Part shown: positions 1-12,027 of the stretch, one piece after another
How positions within the stretch are numbered: position 1 is the stretch's first letter
Layout: the number at the start of each line of letters is the position of its first letter
Assembly (NCBI GenBank): GCA_004431415.1
Contig: QPMI01000679.1
Span: 62,001 to 126,000 of the forward strand
From: Cyanophora paradoxa CCMP329
Taxonomy: Eukaryota; Plantae; Glaucophyta
Length of the DNA stretch: 64,000 bases
Reading direction: 5' to 3'
Made by a program: the position numbers and the translations under genes
Notes under the pieces: generated by a model
Told to the model about the DNA's origin: nothing
Database searches by the model: none
The model's input: only the letters and a program-made list of their open reading frames with translations

Positions 1-924
1 CCACGATCGAGCGGTGCGTCGATAGGTACTTCCGCATCGTCCTGCGCCAGAAGGGCTCATATGAGCCGCACGGGACAGGGGTACGGGGCGTGCGGCGGCG
101 CACCAGACGGATCCCCCGCCGGGGTACTGCTCCAGCTCGACTGGGATCTTGAGGAGGAGGCCGGAGCCGTCCGGCAGCCGCCACGTCGTGAACAGCATCT
201 GCGCGCGCGTCACCGACGTTAGCGCGGTACCCCCGAAGGCTCTAGATCTTAATCCCAGCAGGGGGAGCGCGCACGAGAGCCTGGAGGGACCAGCCGAAAT
301 AATTGTGCCTGTCCGCCCAGACCTGGATGCGCCCTAGGTCCTCCGGGTCCCCCGGGTCGGGTCCCCGCAGCTCCTCCACCAGCTCCTCCGACACGATGAA
401 CTGGGGGGGGGGGTAGAGGGGAGGGGGGTAGAGGAGCGAGTCGGTCGGTTCCGGTGGGGGTACAGCAATGCAAGCGAGAAGGAGGGGTACAGGCCCCGGA
501 CCTCATTGAATTCCTTGGCGCGGTTGCGGGACATGATACCCCGGACGGCGAAGGCGTGGGGCAGGTCGGGGGCGTCCACGACGCAGCGGAAGATGCGCGC
601 GGGGGCGCTGGGGTCCGAATCCACAGTGACGAGCCTGCCCCGAAGCTCGAAGCTCGCGGGGGCAGGGGCAAAGCGCCGGGCGGGCGCGGCGGCGGACCGG
701 GCCTCCACGGCGACGTCGATGTTTGCGTCCTTGTGCTCGACGATGACGCGCCAGTCCGCCGCCGACCCCGCCAGCATCTCCCGCAGCGTGAACCCAAACA
801 GCTCCTCCAAGTGCTCGACGTCGAGCGCGGCAATCCCCGCCGAGCCCGGCGACGATCCTGCCCCAGCCGGCGAAGAACCCGCCCAGCCCGGCGAAGAATC
901 GGAACTCGCCTCGTCCGCATTCAT
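1..924 (-). CDS. 5' part of a hypothetical protein, inverted paralog of the HMG-box gene at 6180-9318 (continues off the window start)
   Basis: MNADEASSDSSPGW...LDVEHLEELFGFTLREMLAG...EFNE plus downstream exons are near-identical to 6180-7089 in reverse complement, with the same introns. Confidence 0.8.
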
Positions 925-1330
925 CGCTGCGCTGCCCAGCCTGCCCTCCGCTCAAGGCCGAATCGCAGGGACGTCGACTTCACATGCTGCATGTAGAGCA
1001 CATATCAGAGCGCTGCCCACGCGCTCGCCCTAGAGGTTCTGAAAGCTCGCAACGAAACGCAACGCTCACCTCGGAGGACAGCTGAACAACGACGGGACGA
1101 CGCAGAACGCTCTTCTTATCTACTCGCTCTGTGCTGGGAATCACGTATACCACGCTGGGCGCTGGGCGGGCCCGACGGCTGTCTGAGATGCTTCTGGATT
1201 CTAGAACGAGCAGAAGCGCAGCTGTGGGAGCTCCCCTCGCAGTGCCGGATCCGGCGCGGCGAGGCCCCAGGTCGACGTCTGCAGCTTACGACGATGCCCG
1301 TACCCGGCCCCAGAGATTTCCCCCCCTGAG

Positions 1331-3342
1331 ATGGTGCTCACCGGCGAGTTCGCCCGCATCGCGGGCGTGGCGGACCAGAAGAGGAAGGTCGAGGAGTACA
1401 AGACGCTCCTTGGCCAGATCTTCGCCCGGAAAGCGGCCCCCGAGCTGAAGTCATTCGTTGAGCACAGTGCGCCCGCCGCCTTCGAGCGCAGCCGCGCGTA
1501 CCGCAACCGCGGTACGCGTGTTCGTACCGCTCTCCCTGACCGCTCCGGCGCAGTGGTCTCTGAGGAAGTCCCCCTCGTCGTCTCGCGCCAGCTGCTACAT
1601 GCATTCGCAAATTCACTCAAGACATTAGACAAGGAGCAGCACAAGGCGGTCGCACAGCACGCGCTCGAGAAGATCCAGGCGCGTGTGGTCTCGTTCGAGG
1701 AGCAGGTCACAGTCATACGGGAGGAGCTGGCGCAACTGCACGAAAACGACGAGGAGTGGGGCTTGGCGGCCAAGGTCCTCGCTGCAATACCGCTCGAGTC
1801 CGGCATCCGGTCGGCCCGGCCCCCTGCGACGCGCTGCCGCGCCTCCGGCCGACCGTCGTGCGCCGCGCAGCGTGGTCGAGGACGACTTCAAGATGGAGAA
1901 GTACGTCAAGATCGCGCAGCTGTACCTCGAGGACGACGAGTCGATCCAGGCGGAGGTGCCCCCCGCGCCGCGCCGGCGCTCCGCTCAGCGCGCCCCGGCC
2001 CAGCCGCCGACGCGCCGCCGCCCCGCAGGCGTACATCAACCGCGCGTCGCTGCTGCTGCCAAACAGCAGAGATCCCGCGCTGCGTTTGCGGTACAAGGCG
2101 CGCCCGCCCCGCGCCCGCCCCGCGCCCTGCCCCGCCCCGCACCCCGCCCCGCGCCGCGCCGTGCCTCTCTGACGCGCCGGGCGGCAGGTCTGCTACGCGC
2201 GGATCCTGGACTCGAAGCGAAAGTTCCTGGAGGCTGCGCTGCGCTACTACGAGCTCTCGCAGGTCGACTCGCGCGCCGAGCTCACCGGTGCGCGCGCGCG
2301 TACCCCCGCCGGGACCCTCTCCTCCGCCGACGCGCCTTGTGTCGCAGCGGGCCAGAGCGTCGACGAGGGCGAGCTGCTCATGGCTTTGGAGCACGCCGTT
2401 ACCTGCGCCATCCTGGCCCAGGCCGGGCCCCAGCGCTCCCGCGTCCTCGCAACCCTGTACCCCCTTTTCCCCCGGCGCCGCCGTCCTTTTACCCCCCGCC
2501 GACCTCCGCGCAGGCACAAGGACGAGCGCTGCTCGCGCCTCGACGTATTCCCCATCCTCCACAGCATTTACCTCGAGCGCATCCTCCGCGCCGCCGACGG
2601 TGCGTCGGAGCCGTCCCCCGCCGAAATGCCGTACCCCTCCCCGGAGCCGACGCCGGCCGCAGTTCAGCGGTTCGCGGAGACCCTCAAGCCGCATCAGATG
2701 GCCAAGCTCGCTGACGGCTCGACGGTCCTCGAGCGGGCCGTCGTCGAGCACAACCTCCTCAGGTGAGCCTTCCCCGAACCCGAACCGTCCGCGATGCCGT
2801 ACCCCCCTGAACGGCTTCGTACCCCCCTCCCGCAGCGCCTCGAAGCTGTACAACAACATCACGTTCGCGGAGCTAGGCTCCCTCCTCGGGATCGCCCCGG
2901 ACAAGGCGCGCCACCCTCCCTCCTCCCGGCCCGGCGCTCACCTGAGATCTGAGATCTGATCTGAGATCTGAGCGCAGGCGGAGCGGATTGCGTCGAAGAT
3001 GATCAGCGAGGACCGCATGCGCGGCTCCGTCGACCAGGTACCCCCCTCCCCCAACCCCCCCCCATTCCCTTATCTGATCTGAGCCAACTCCCCCCTCTCC
3101 CTCTCTTCTTCTAAGGTCCACGGCCTTATCCACTTCGAGTCCGGTCCGTCTTCCTCCTCCTTCGGAAAGCGGACAGAGCGGGCCCGCCCCTATTCTTACG
3201 CCCGCGTACCCCCCCCCCCCCTGCAGACGCGGAGACGCTGCGGCAGTGGGACGCGCAGGTGGAGGGGGTCTGCACGGCCGTCAACAACATCGTCTCCTCG
3301 CTCACACCGGAGCAGCTCTCCCTCGCCGGCGTCCGCGCCTAG
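1331..3342 (+). CDS. CSN4: COP9 signalosome subunit 4 (PCI domain), 12 exons / 11 introns
   Basis: Manual splicing gives EHMVSEEVPLVVSRQLL...RVVSFEEQV...IPLESG...IAQLYLEDD...YARILDSKRKFLEAA...AGPQRSRVLATL...LKPHQ...[23 protein letters not shown].LLGI...MISEDRM.GSVDQ, typical CSN4 motifs; stop TAG at 3340-3342. Confidence 0.95.
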
Positions 3343-3669
3343 CCAGCCAGCTAGCTAGCTAGGCCCAGGGCGGGGCGGGGCCTAGTCGTCCAGTCTGCCC
3401 CGAGCGGCTTGCCCGCCGGCTAGATAGCTAGGCCCGGGGCGTATCTGTCTTCCCCGTGGGGGAGCTCGCCCGGAGCAGCTCGCTTTCTCTTGCCTTCGCA
3501 GGCGTCCGCGCCTAGGGCGTCCGGCCCTCTCTTCCGCCCCTCCCTCCTTCTCTTCTTCTTCCTCGTCCTACGCCTCTCCTCTCTGCTGCCGCTGTTCAGC
3601 GCCCCGATCTCCTGTAAGAAATCTCGAGAAGGGAGCTGAGCTCGCGGGGCGGGCGGGCAAGCTATCTAT

Positions 3670-5476
3670 CTATCTGTGCGGCTGTACCCCCGGGCCCCTC
3701 TCCCCCCTCTCCGCCTCCGCATCCCCCCCCTCCTCGCCTTCTTCGTCCTCGTCGGGATCCTCCGCCCCGGCGGCGGCGCGGGCGGCGCGGGGCCCCCGGC
3801 CCGGCCCGGCCCGCCGCCGGAAGAGAGAGAGGAAGGCAGTGTGGCCTTTGGGGAAGAACGTCGGGTGGCAGACCTAACAAGAAAGTCAGTAACCGTTTCG
3901 CGGCTTTTCAAAAAGAATCTGAAGGAGGGGTAGAGCGCCAGCGCGCACGGGCGGCCTGACGTCCCACTCCCTGTGCTCCACCTCCATCACTCTGGGTACG
4001 GGATCAGGGAAGCGGGGGAGGAAGGGGGGAGGGGGGTACGGGCGCGCCGCTCGAGGCGGAGGGGGTGCCCCTCCTCGTCGTTGAACTCGATCAGGTGCAC
4101 CACCTGGGGTACGGTGAACTCGGGTGGACGCCGGGGGTACCCCGAAGGGCTTCGTTCGCGCGCCTGGGTGATGTTGGGCGTGTATGCCACGAGGAGCCCC
4201 CCCGATCGGAGCGCGCGGCATGCCGACCCCAGTACCTGCTCATACCCGTACCCCCAGCTCAGTTCCGCGTTGCGGGGACCGCTGCTGGAGGGGTACGCGC
4301 CTTCCAGGGTTCCATCATGTCGAGCGCGATTGCGTCAAACGCGGCCTCGTCGGGTGTACCCAGCGCCGGCTCTGGGCCGTCCCACGCGGCCGCCAGGTCC
4401 CCGACCCTAAACTCCACGTTCGAAACCTGCGGGGGCGCGTTTCCGGGGTACGCTCAATCCCGGACGGGGAGGGGTACGCGGGCGCACGTCGCGACCCTCG
4501 CGGGCCTTGACCCACTTTCGCAGGTTCGCCTGCATCCCAGCTGCTGGGTACGGCGCGCACGACGGGGGTTACGGAGGGCGGGAGGGGAGGGGGGTACCTG
4601 GGCGACGACGGAGAACTCGGGGCGGGCCTCGAAGGAGAGTACCCGTCCGGAGGGCCCGACCGCCCGTGAGAGGTACAGCGTCAGGCCGCCGCTGCGCAAA
4701 CGCCTAATTTCAAGACGGGCGCGCAGAAAGAAGGGCGAGGGTCCGCGCGCCTGCCGGATCCCGCCTCCAGGACGGTCTGGCCGGGCTCCAGGTCCAGAAG
4801 CTGGCACATCGCCCCCGCGTCCTTCGGGTCTGCACGCGCGCGCTCGCTCGGGGCGCCCGCAGCGCGGCTTGAGGGTGCGCGCACATGCGACGGTCGGGCC
4901 CCTGCGGCGCGCGCGACCGGCCGATCAGCCGAGGGCGGCCGGGCGCGCCGGGATCGCGTGCGGGCGCGGCGCACCGCTTCATGCTCGTGACGAAGCTGGC
5001 GAGCGTGGGTCGGTACAGCTGCATCCGGACCTCCTTCTGCTTCTTCTTCTCGCCCTCCTCGCCCTCGCCCTCCGCGGCCGCCGCCGCGTCGCGCTTCGCC
5101 CGGCCGCGGCGCGCGCTGACGTAGCCGCCAATCTCGGTCGCGACGATGTCCTCGTGCGTAATGAAGCCCCTGCTCCACTGGAATGACGCGCCGGGCTTGA
5201 GCTCTGGAACCTCCCACTCTCGCCCTTTCCTGCCGAGATTTATCGCCCCTTTACCGTGTTTTTAAAAAGCCGCGCGCTTCGCTTCAGGGCGGCGAGGCGG
5301 CACGCGGGCGCCTCGAGCGATCACGCGCGCCTGTCCTTGAGGACTAACGCTTCTCCAAACTTGAGCCGAAGCCCCCGATCGCCGCCCGGACTGTCCGACG
5401 CGGCCGCGGACGAGCTCGAGAACCGGCACGCCGACATCGCCCGGCACGAGCTACTCCGCAGCCTCGCCGCCAGCAT
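3670..5476 (-). CDS. tRNA (adenine58-N1)-methyltransferase, TrmI/TRMT61B-like, with a probable organellar (mitochondrial-like) presequence
   Basis: Spliced: MLAARLRSSSCRAMSACRFSSS...RPTLASFVTSMKRGPTVAYPKDAGAMCQLLDLEPGQTVLEAGSGSGGLTLYLSRAVGPSGRVLSFE...ALDMMEPW...YTPNITQV...REWDV...GHTAFL. These are GCD14/TrmI motifs. Confidence 0.88.
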
Positions 5477-5566
5477 GCTGCTGCTGTTAACGTTTCTAAG
5501 CCTAGCTAGCTATAGTCGATCGAACGCCCTGGCCAACTGGTTTGCTGGACGCTATACCCTGCCGTC

Positions 5567-5880
5567 TGAGTTCAGGTGCATGCGGGCCGCTTTCCGGGCG
5601 AAGATCTGGCCGAGGAGCGTCTTATACTCACCTTCCTCTTCTGTTCCGCCACGCCCGCAATGCATATGCGCGCGAACTCGCCGGCGAGCACCATCGTAGC
5701 GGGGGGAGCTTCTGGGGGTGGGTACAGGCGTGTCGTAAGCTGCAGACGTCGACCTGGGGCCTCGCCGCGCCGGATCCGGATCCGGAAGCCAGTGCTCGCA
5801 TGTGTGCGCGACGCTGCGCGTGCACGCGCAGCGTCGCGCACAGCTGCTCTTCGCATTCCAGAACCCAGATCTTGGACAGC
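5567..5880 (-). pseudogene. Inverted, degenerate copy of the CSN4 5' UTR and exon 1
   Basis: Reverse complement aligns to ~1185-1455 (ATG at 5694, MVLAGEFAR). It has a 4-nt deletion causing a frameshift, 6-bp insertions, and ends before intron 1. Confidence 0.9.
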
Positions 5881-6170
5881 CGGTTTCAGCTCATCGGCTT
5901 CAGCACGTTTCGAAGTTCAGGCGCCGTTTTGCGTTCAGGCTAGCTTTGCCGGCGCCAGTGCGCGGTATACTTGAGCCCTGGCACCGAGCTAGCCGCTTTG
6001 AGCATGTTTAGCCCAAACCGCAGCCCGCCCGTCGTTGTCTCAACTTTCCTGCGCGGATCCGTCGAGGTCAGGGGGACCATTTGAGGTGCGCCGCTCCGTT
6101 GGGCGAACTTGCAATTGGAACGCGCTCACGCTCTTTGCAGTATGCGCAGGCCCCAGCGCTAGCGGCGGAC

Positions 6171-7089
6171 AGCGCAGCGATGAACGCAGACGGGGCGGGC
6201 TCCGATTCTTCGCCGGGCTGGGCGAGTTCTTCCCCGGGCTCGGCGGGGATGGCCGCGCTCGACGTCGAGCACTTGGAGGAGCTGTTTGGGTTCACGCTGC
6301 GGGAGATGCTGGCGGGGTCGGCGGCGGACTGGCGCGTCATCCTCGAGCACAAGGACGCAAACATCGACTTCGCCGTGGAGTCCCGGTCCGCCGCCGCGCC
6401 CGCCCGGCGCGTTGCCCCTGCCCCCGCGAGCTTCGAGCTTCGGGGCAGGCTCGTCACTGTGGATTCGGACCCAAGCGCCCCCGCGCGCATCTTCCGCTGC
6501 GCCGTGGACGTCCCCGACCTGCCCCACGCCTTCGCCGTCCGGGGTATCATGTCCCGCAACCGCGCCAAGGAATTCAATGAGGTCCGGGGCCTGTACCCCT
6601 CCCCCTCGCTTGCATTGCTGTACCCCCACCGGAACCGACCGACTCGCTCCTCTACCCCCCTCCCCTCTACCCCCCCCCCCAGTTCATCGTGTCGGAGGAG
6701 CTGGTGGAGGAGCTGCGGGGACCCGACCCGGGGGACCCGGAGGACCTAGGGCGCATCCAGGTCTGGGCGGACAGGCACAATTATTTCGGCTGGTCCCTCC
6801 AGGCTCTCGTGCGCGCTCCCCCTGCTGGGATTAAGATCTAGAGCCTTCGGGGGTACCGCTTTAACGTCTTTGACGCGCGCGCAGATGCTGTTCACGACGT
6901 GGCGGCTGCCGGACGGCTCCGGCCTCCTCCTCAAGATCCCAGTCGAGCTCGAGCAGCACCCCGGTGGAACCGGTTCCGTCTGGCGCGCCGCCGCCCCCGC
7001 CGTACCCCTGTCCCGTGCGGCTCACATGAGCCCGCCCTTCTTGCGCAGGACGATGCGGAAGTACCTCTCGAAGCACCGCTCGATCGTGG
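6171..7089. repeat. Inverted segmental duplication partner of ~1-933
   Basis: Reverse complement of window position 1 (ccacgatcgagcggtgc) matches 7073-7089; high identity across exons and introns. Confidence 0.92.
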
Positions 7090-9318
7090 CTTATCAGGTC
7101 GCCCCCGCCCCCGACGGGCCCGGGTGCAGGCGCGCCGTGTACCCCGCTCCGCCCCGCCCTCCTTTGCTGAAGACTAGGGGGTACAGGATCAAATGCACGC
7201 TTCTGGACAGGAGGCGAGACGTGATGGCGTTCCTGCCGGACGCGCTCCACTCGCAGCTCTTCGCCCGCGTCTGGGCCAAGACCAGCCTGAGCGCCGTGCG
7301 GCCGCCCCCTCGGTTTTAGCGTAGCCGTCCCCCCCCCCCCCCCCCCCCCCTCAGCTCAGCCCGGCCCGGCCCGGCCCGCGGCAGGTTCGGGTGGTCCTGT
7401 CGGAGTACGCAAAGGCGTGCACCGCGGCGGGATCCGCGCGCTCCGCGGGGCCCCTCTCCTTCCTCTCCGGCTCGGCCGGCCCTCCTTTACAGCTGCGGCG
7501 CCCGGGCGGCCTGCGCCTCGGCCCCTCGCCCTTCGTGCTGCACGCCTTCTCGCCCTCGCGGGCCGCGGAACCGGGGCCGGAGTCGAACGTTCCTCCGGGA
7601 CCGGAGGCGAACGTTCCTGCCCCCAAGGCGAACGAGCTTTTTTACGACTTCGTGGGCATAAAGGCGCGCCCCGCCCCACTCGGCCTCCCCCTCGCCCTTT
7701 GCTTTCCGTCCGTCCGACGCCGTCCCGCCCCGCCCCGCAGGAAGAGGGACTGGCGGCGGAGGAGCGGGCGGCGGCGGCGGGCCCTGGCGCCCTCCACGGG
7801 ACCGTCCCCGAGGTCGAGGGCCTCATCGCCCCCCGCGTCCTCGCCCGCGTGCGCCCGCCCCTCAGATCATATCTGATCTGATCCGATCTGATCCGATCTG
7901 AGCAGTCTGCGGAGGCGGCGCGGGCGTCGCTGGAGCTCGCCCTCCGCCTCGAGTCCATGTCCCTCGCCGACCGCGCGCCCCCGCCCCGCCCCGCCCCGCC
8001 CCGCCCCGCCCGCCTCGGCACCTGAGGCGACGCGGCTGACAGCGCCGCCCGCGCAGTGCCGCAGCTGCGCCGCCCCGCCGGCCCCGCCCCGCCGCCGAGG
8101 GCGGCGAGGCGCCGCCGCCGCCGCCGACGCTGCCGCGCCCGGTGGTCCCGCCCAAGGCCCTCGCCCGGCCCCGGCCCGAGGAGGCGGGTCCCGGCGCCGA
8201 GTTCGGCCACTCGGACGGCGGGTGCGCAGGCACTCCTGCCCGCCCCGAGCTTAAGGCCCCCAGGGGCCCAAGCGATACACTCCCGCAGGCGGATGCTCTT
8301 CACGTGTGATCGCGTGGACGCCATCCTGCAGTCCGAGCCGGAGTGCGCCCTTGCCCCGCGCGCCCCCAGCCTGGTACCCGGCCCGCCTCTCACCTGAGCA
8401 GCCTCGAGGCCGAGGCGGTGGCGGCGCGGGTCGCGGGGGAGTGGGCGCGCCTCTCCGACGCGGAGCGCGCGGCGTGGGACGCCGCCGCATACTCTTCGAA
8501 GCGCCGCATGTCCGCGCCCTCTGTTCCCGTACCCCTCCCCGCCCCGGGCCCCTCCGGCTCCGCCCCGGTCCCCTCCGCCCCGGGCCCCTCCGCTCCCGCC
8601 CCCGCACCTTTGCCAACGGCCGCCGTGCCGCGCGCCGACGCGCCTCCTGCGCTCCACATGGCGCGGCCCATCGCGCCCCGGTGCGTGTACCCCCCGCCCC
8701 CCGCTCCCTCCTTCCCCCGCTGAGAATGGGCGCAGGGGGGGGCCGGAGGCGGCTGTACCCTCGAAGCCTCTGGACTTGTCCGGAATGCCCTCCTGGCGCA
8801 AGAAGCGCGTCGTGAAGAAGAAGAAGAACAAAGAGGCGGCCGCGCCGCCTCCGCAGCCGCTGCGGGCCCGGCCCCTCGCCCCCGCCGCCCTCCCCTCCTC
8901 CGACCCTGGCTTCCGCGCCCTCGCCCCCCAGTTCACATTCTTCTCCGGATCCCCGTACCCCCCTTTGCAACCGCCGCAGCCGGCGCCGCCGCCGGCGGAG
9001 GCGGACCCCACCTTCGCTCTGGTACCCGTGACTCTCGTCTACTTCGGTACCCCCCTACAGGCTCCCCAGCTGCAGCCGGGCACCCCGGCTGCCGCTCCCG
9101 CACCCACGCCAGCGCCAGCTGCAGCCGCCGCCGAGCTCGAGACCCCAGGGGCGCCGGCACAGGCGGCGCCGGCGGGCATAGGGATGCAAATGGGTCGGGG
9201 GCCCGACAGTCCCTCGTCGGAGCTTAAGCTCGACCTGGGTGTGCTGGACATGGTGGACATGGACGGCTCTATAGCTAGTTGCAGCCGGGCCGTCGACCCG
9301 TCGACTGTCGACCCATAG
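6180..9318 (+). CDS. Multi-exon protein with an unknown N-terminal domain, an HMG box, a basic NLS-like stretch and a Pro-rich tail
   Basis: Spliced exons join in frame. RMLFTCDRVDAILQSEPDLEAEAVAARVAGEWARLSDAERAAWDAAA (~8290-8490) fits the HMG-box pattern; WRKKRVVKKKKNK follows; stop at 9318. Confidence 0.72.
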
Positions 9319-10373
9319 AGTTGCCCGTCGACTCGTACCGCAGGCGCGCCCTCGTCCCGAGATATGCATGCGCAGGTCATGATCAGGGGCCAGGCCATCG
9401 GTGCATCATGGCAGGGCCAGCTGCAGCGCCAGCGCGTGAAGTTAGCTTAGCCCTTAGCGCAGCTGTAGCGCAGGTTTGGTAAATTAATATGTATTTTATC
9501 GGTAGTTCGTAAAGGAATCAATAAAAATAATATAAGTATCGTGGAATCTTTGTAAATTATGTATATAAAATATGTAATCGCGATATAGCCGATATGTATT
9601 TACGATGCGCGATGTGTATCTAAAACAACTACAATGTGCTGCTTGGGACGCGCCCCATACTGCGGCGAGGCGTCTCTAACGTTAACGGGGCGATTTGATC
9701 TTGCGGGGGGACCATGCAGGTGGCCGATCCGAATCCAGAGAAGAGGAGGGTGTACGTGTTCGACATTTCGGCCCTCGCGATCGGCGGCATTCCCGAGGTG
9801 CCCGAGCTCGAGTTGATCGATTTCATGATTTTCGCAACCGATCGCGACCACGCGGCCCGTGCCGTGTGCTCGGCTGCATCACTTCGAGCTCGCCGGGCGC
9901 CCGCCGCGCCTCCGCCCGCTACGTCGCCCTCTTCCGGAGCGGTCTGGTGTGTGTCGCTCTAGATCTATCCGTAGGCCCCCCCCACGCTAATTTTTGAGCC
10001 TCATGCAGGGATGCGCCGTATGGTGGGCGCGGGCGCGAGAACGCCCGCCTCAACCCCGCCCTCTTCGCATATGCATAGTGATCATGGCACGAATTTGGTT
10101 GCATTACTAGTTACCTCGGATATCTTAATAATTGATTTGGCCATCGTATGGAACATAGGCCATCGTATATATGGAAGTCAGCCTTAGCTATAGATTTTGG
10201 ACGGAAATTGAGAGGACAGGGGGGGCGGAAAGGGACCGTCGGCCGGAAATTGAAATGACAGGGCCCGGAGGGGGGGGGGGGAGGGGGGGGGGGAAGGGGG
10301 GGGGCGTTTGGCGGCCGAGAGGGAGGGGACCGCAAATCTGAACCTAGATCTCGATAGGGGAGCCACCGGGCCT

Positions 10374-11390
10374 TCACAGCGGCTTCCTCAGCTGAGAAGC
10401 GCGAGCAGTAGTAAGCGCGAGGTGCGGCCCGGGGCGCTGAGGGGGCCGGCCTAGCATCCAGGCCGAGATTTAGATCTAGAGCCTCGGAGCGCGGCGGGAG
10501 CGCAGCCCTCAGCGCCCCCCCGGGCCCCGCACCTCGTGCATGACCACCTTCTCGGTGACGAAGACGTCTCTGTTCTCCCACTCGTAGTTCTTGCCCGTCA
10601 GCTCGTAGCCTGCCGCCGGCGCGCGCGTACGTACGCATCAGCCAAGCCTTGAAGCACGGAGTCAGGTCGAGACAAAGAGCCGCCTGACCTAGCTTCGGAT
10701 AATAGCGCAGGAGATCCTCCCGAACGTTCAGAGTCCAGAGCGTCTGGTCGATTCTCATAGCTTAGATCTAAATCCAGCCGGCGCGCGTCGGGCTGCAGGC
10801 GGGCTGCGCTCGGGGTCGAACTTGTTTACCATCGCCTTGGCGCCGCGCGCGCGCGCGCAGGATTCGATCTCGCCGATGAAGCGGCGCCCGAGGCCGCGCC
10901 CCTGGTACCCCGCGTCCACGGCGAGCATCTTCATGAGGGCCTCCTCGCCTTTGATCTGTATGCCGGGCGAGCGTGTGCCTGAGCGGGCGCCTGGGCTTTC
11001 GCGTGGAATGCTGACAGACCTCGACGTGCACGCTCCCGATGACGCGTCCTCGAGCGGCCTCCGAGGCCTCCGGCTTCGCGGCCGCCTCGAGCTCGAGCTC
11101 GGGTCGAAGGCGCAGCACGAGGAGGTCGCCGGGCGCGTCGAGCAGCTCCAGGATCTCCTTCTCGTTCGTCCTGGGGACCTGGCGCGGGGCCATGCACTTC
11201 AGTGACACGTGCGCGGGACGCGTCGAATGAGCCGCGGCCGGCCGCGGCGCGCGCGTCGGCCGCCCTCTGCGCCCACCTTGACCCACTGCGCGTCCTTCGC
11301 GAAGTATCCCCTGTTTACGACGCCGACGATCGCCTCCAGGTCGTCCCGCGTGGCGCGCGCGAGCTCGACGTGGCTCACCTCCGGCGCCAT
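10374..11390 (-). CDS. GNAT-family N-acetyltransferase
   Basis: Spliced: MAPEVSHVELARATRDDLEAIVGVVNRGY...VIGSVHVE...MLAVDAGYQGRGLGRRFIGEIE...VREDLLRYYPKLGY...LRKPL*. Contains the acetyl-CoA motif QGRGLG. Confidence 0.88.
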
Positions 11391-12027
11391 CGCCGCGGCT
11401 GGGGTCTGCAGGCCTAGGCTGCCGCAACCGGTGCTGGAAGCTCGCCGCGTCAAGATGCGACACGGCGGGGGCGTGTAGATGCGGCGCTTGGCTAGCTGCG
11501 AGCGCTCTCGAGCTCTGATTTGCCGCGCGCGTGCGGCCTGGCGCTCCCGAGTCCCGGCGGGTGCTTCGCTGCGGGCGCTCTAGGCTCGTCCGCAGTGCGC
11601 TTTTACAGCTGGAGGATCGCGCGGGAGACGAATTGCGCGTTTTGCGTCAGCACACGTGACTCCTACTCGTAGGCGCGTCAACGTGGCACTTGGCGCTGCA
11701 CTATTTGATTGCTTTGACCGAGCTATGCTAAGCCTGGCGCTTCGGCAGCTGGCTCGCGGCCCAGTCGGGACCCGGGGGTACGCGTTTGACCACCGCCAGC
11801 AACGGCTGGGAATGCAGAGCACCTCAGAACCGCCAGCTGAAGCCAGGGATAGTTAGCTAGAGCACAGACAGCGCAGCAGCAACCGCCCCGCGCGCCAGAC
11901 CGACGCGCACAAGCAGATCGTCGCGTGGCGTTTCAGGTTTCGGAGTACGGCCCGGGGCGTAGGGCACGCCCGCAGGGCTGGCACTGCCACAGCTGCAGCT
12001 AGCGGGTTTCACCCTGAAAAAGGCACG

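Noticed and set aside
2450-2520. CSN4 splices to LATLHKDER where orthologs usually have an aromatic residue (possible C-to-U editing)
   Set aside because: A single site that a plain substitution explains; no transcript evidence.
3472-3514. Short duplicate of the CSN4 3' end (ggagcagctc...gcgtccgcgcctag)
   Set aside because: It encodes at most the same last residues, so it is probably a neutral local duplication.
9714-9961. Small protein-like ORF (VADPNPEKRRVYVFDISALAIGG...)
   Set aside because: No recognisable family or convincing upstream exon; possibly an orphan exon relic.
10190-10345. Possible MITE with weak inverted ends and repeated cggaaattga
   Set aside because: The TIR match is poor and I found no TSD.
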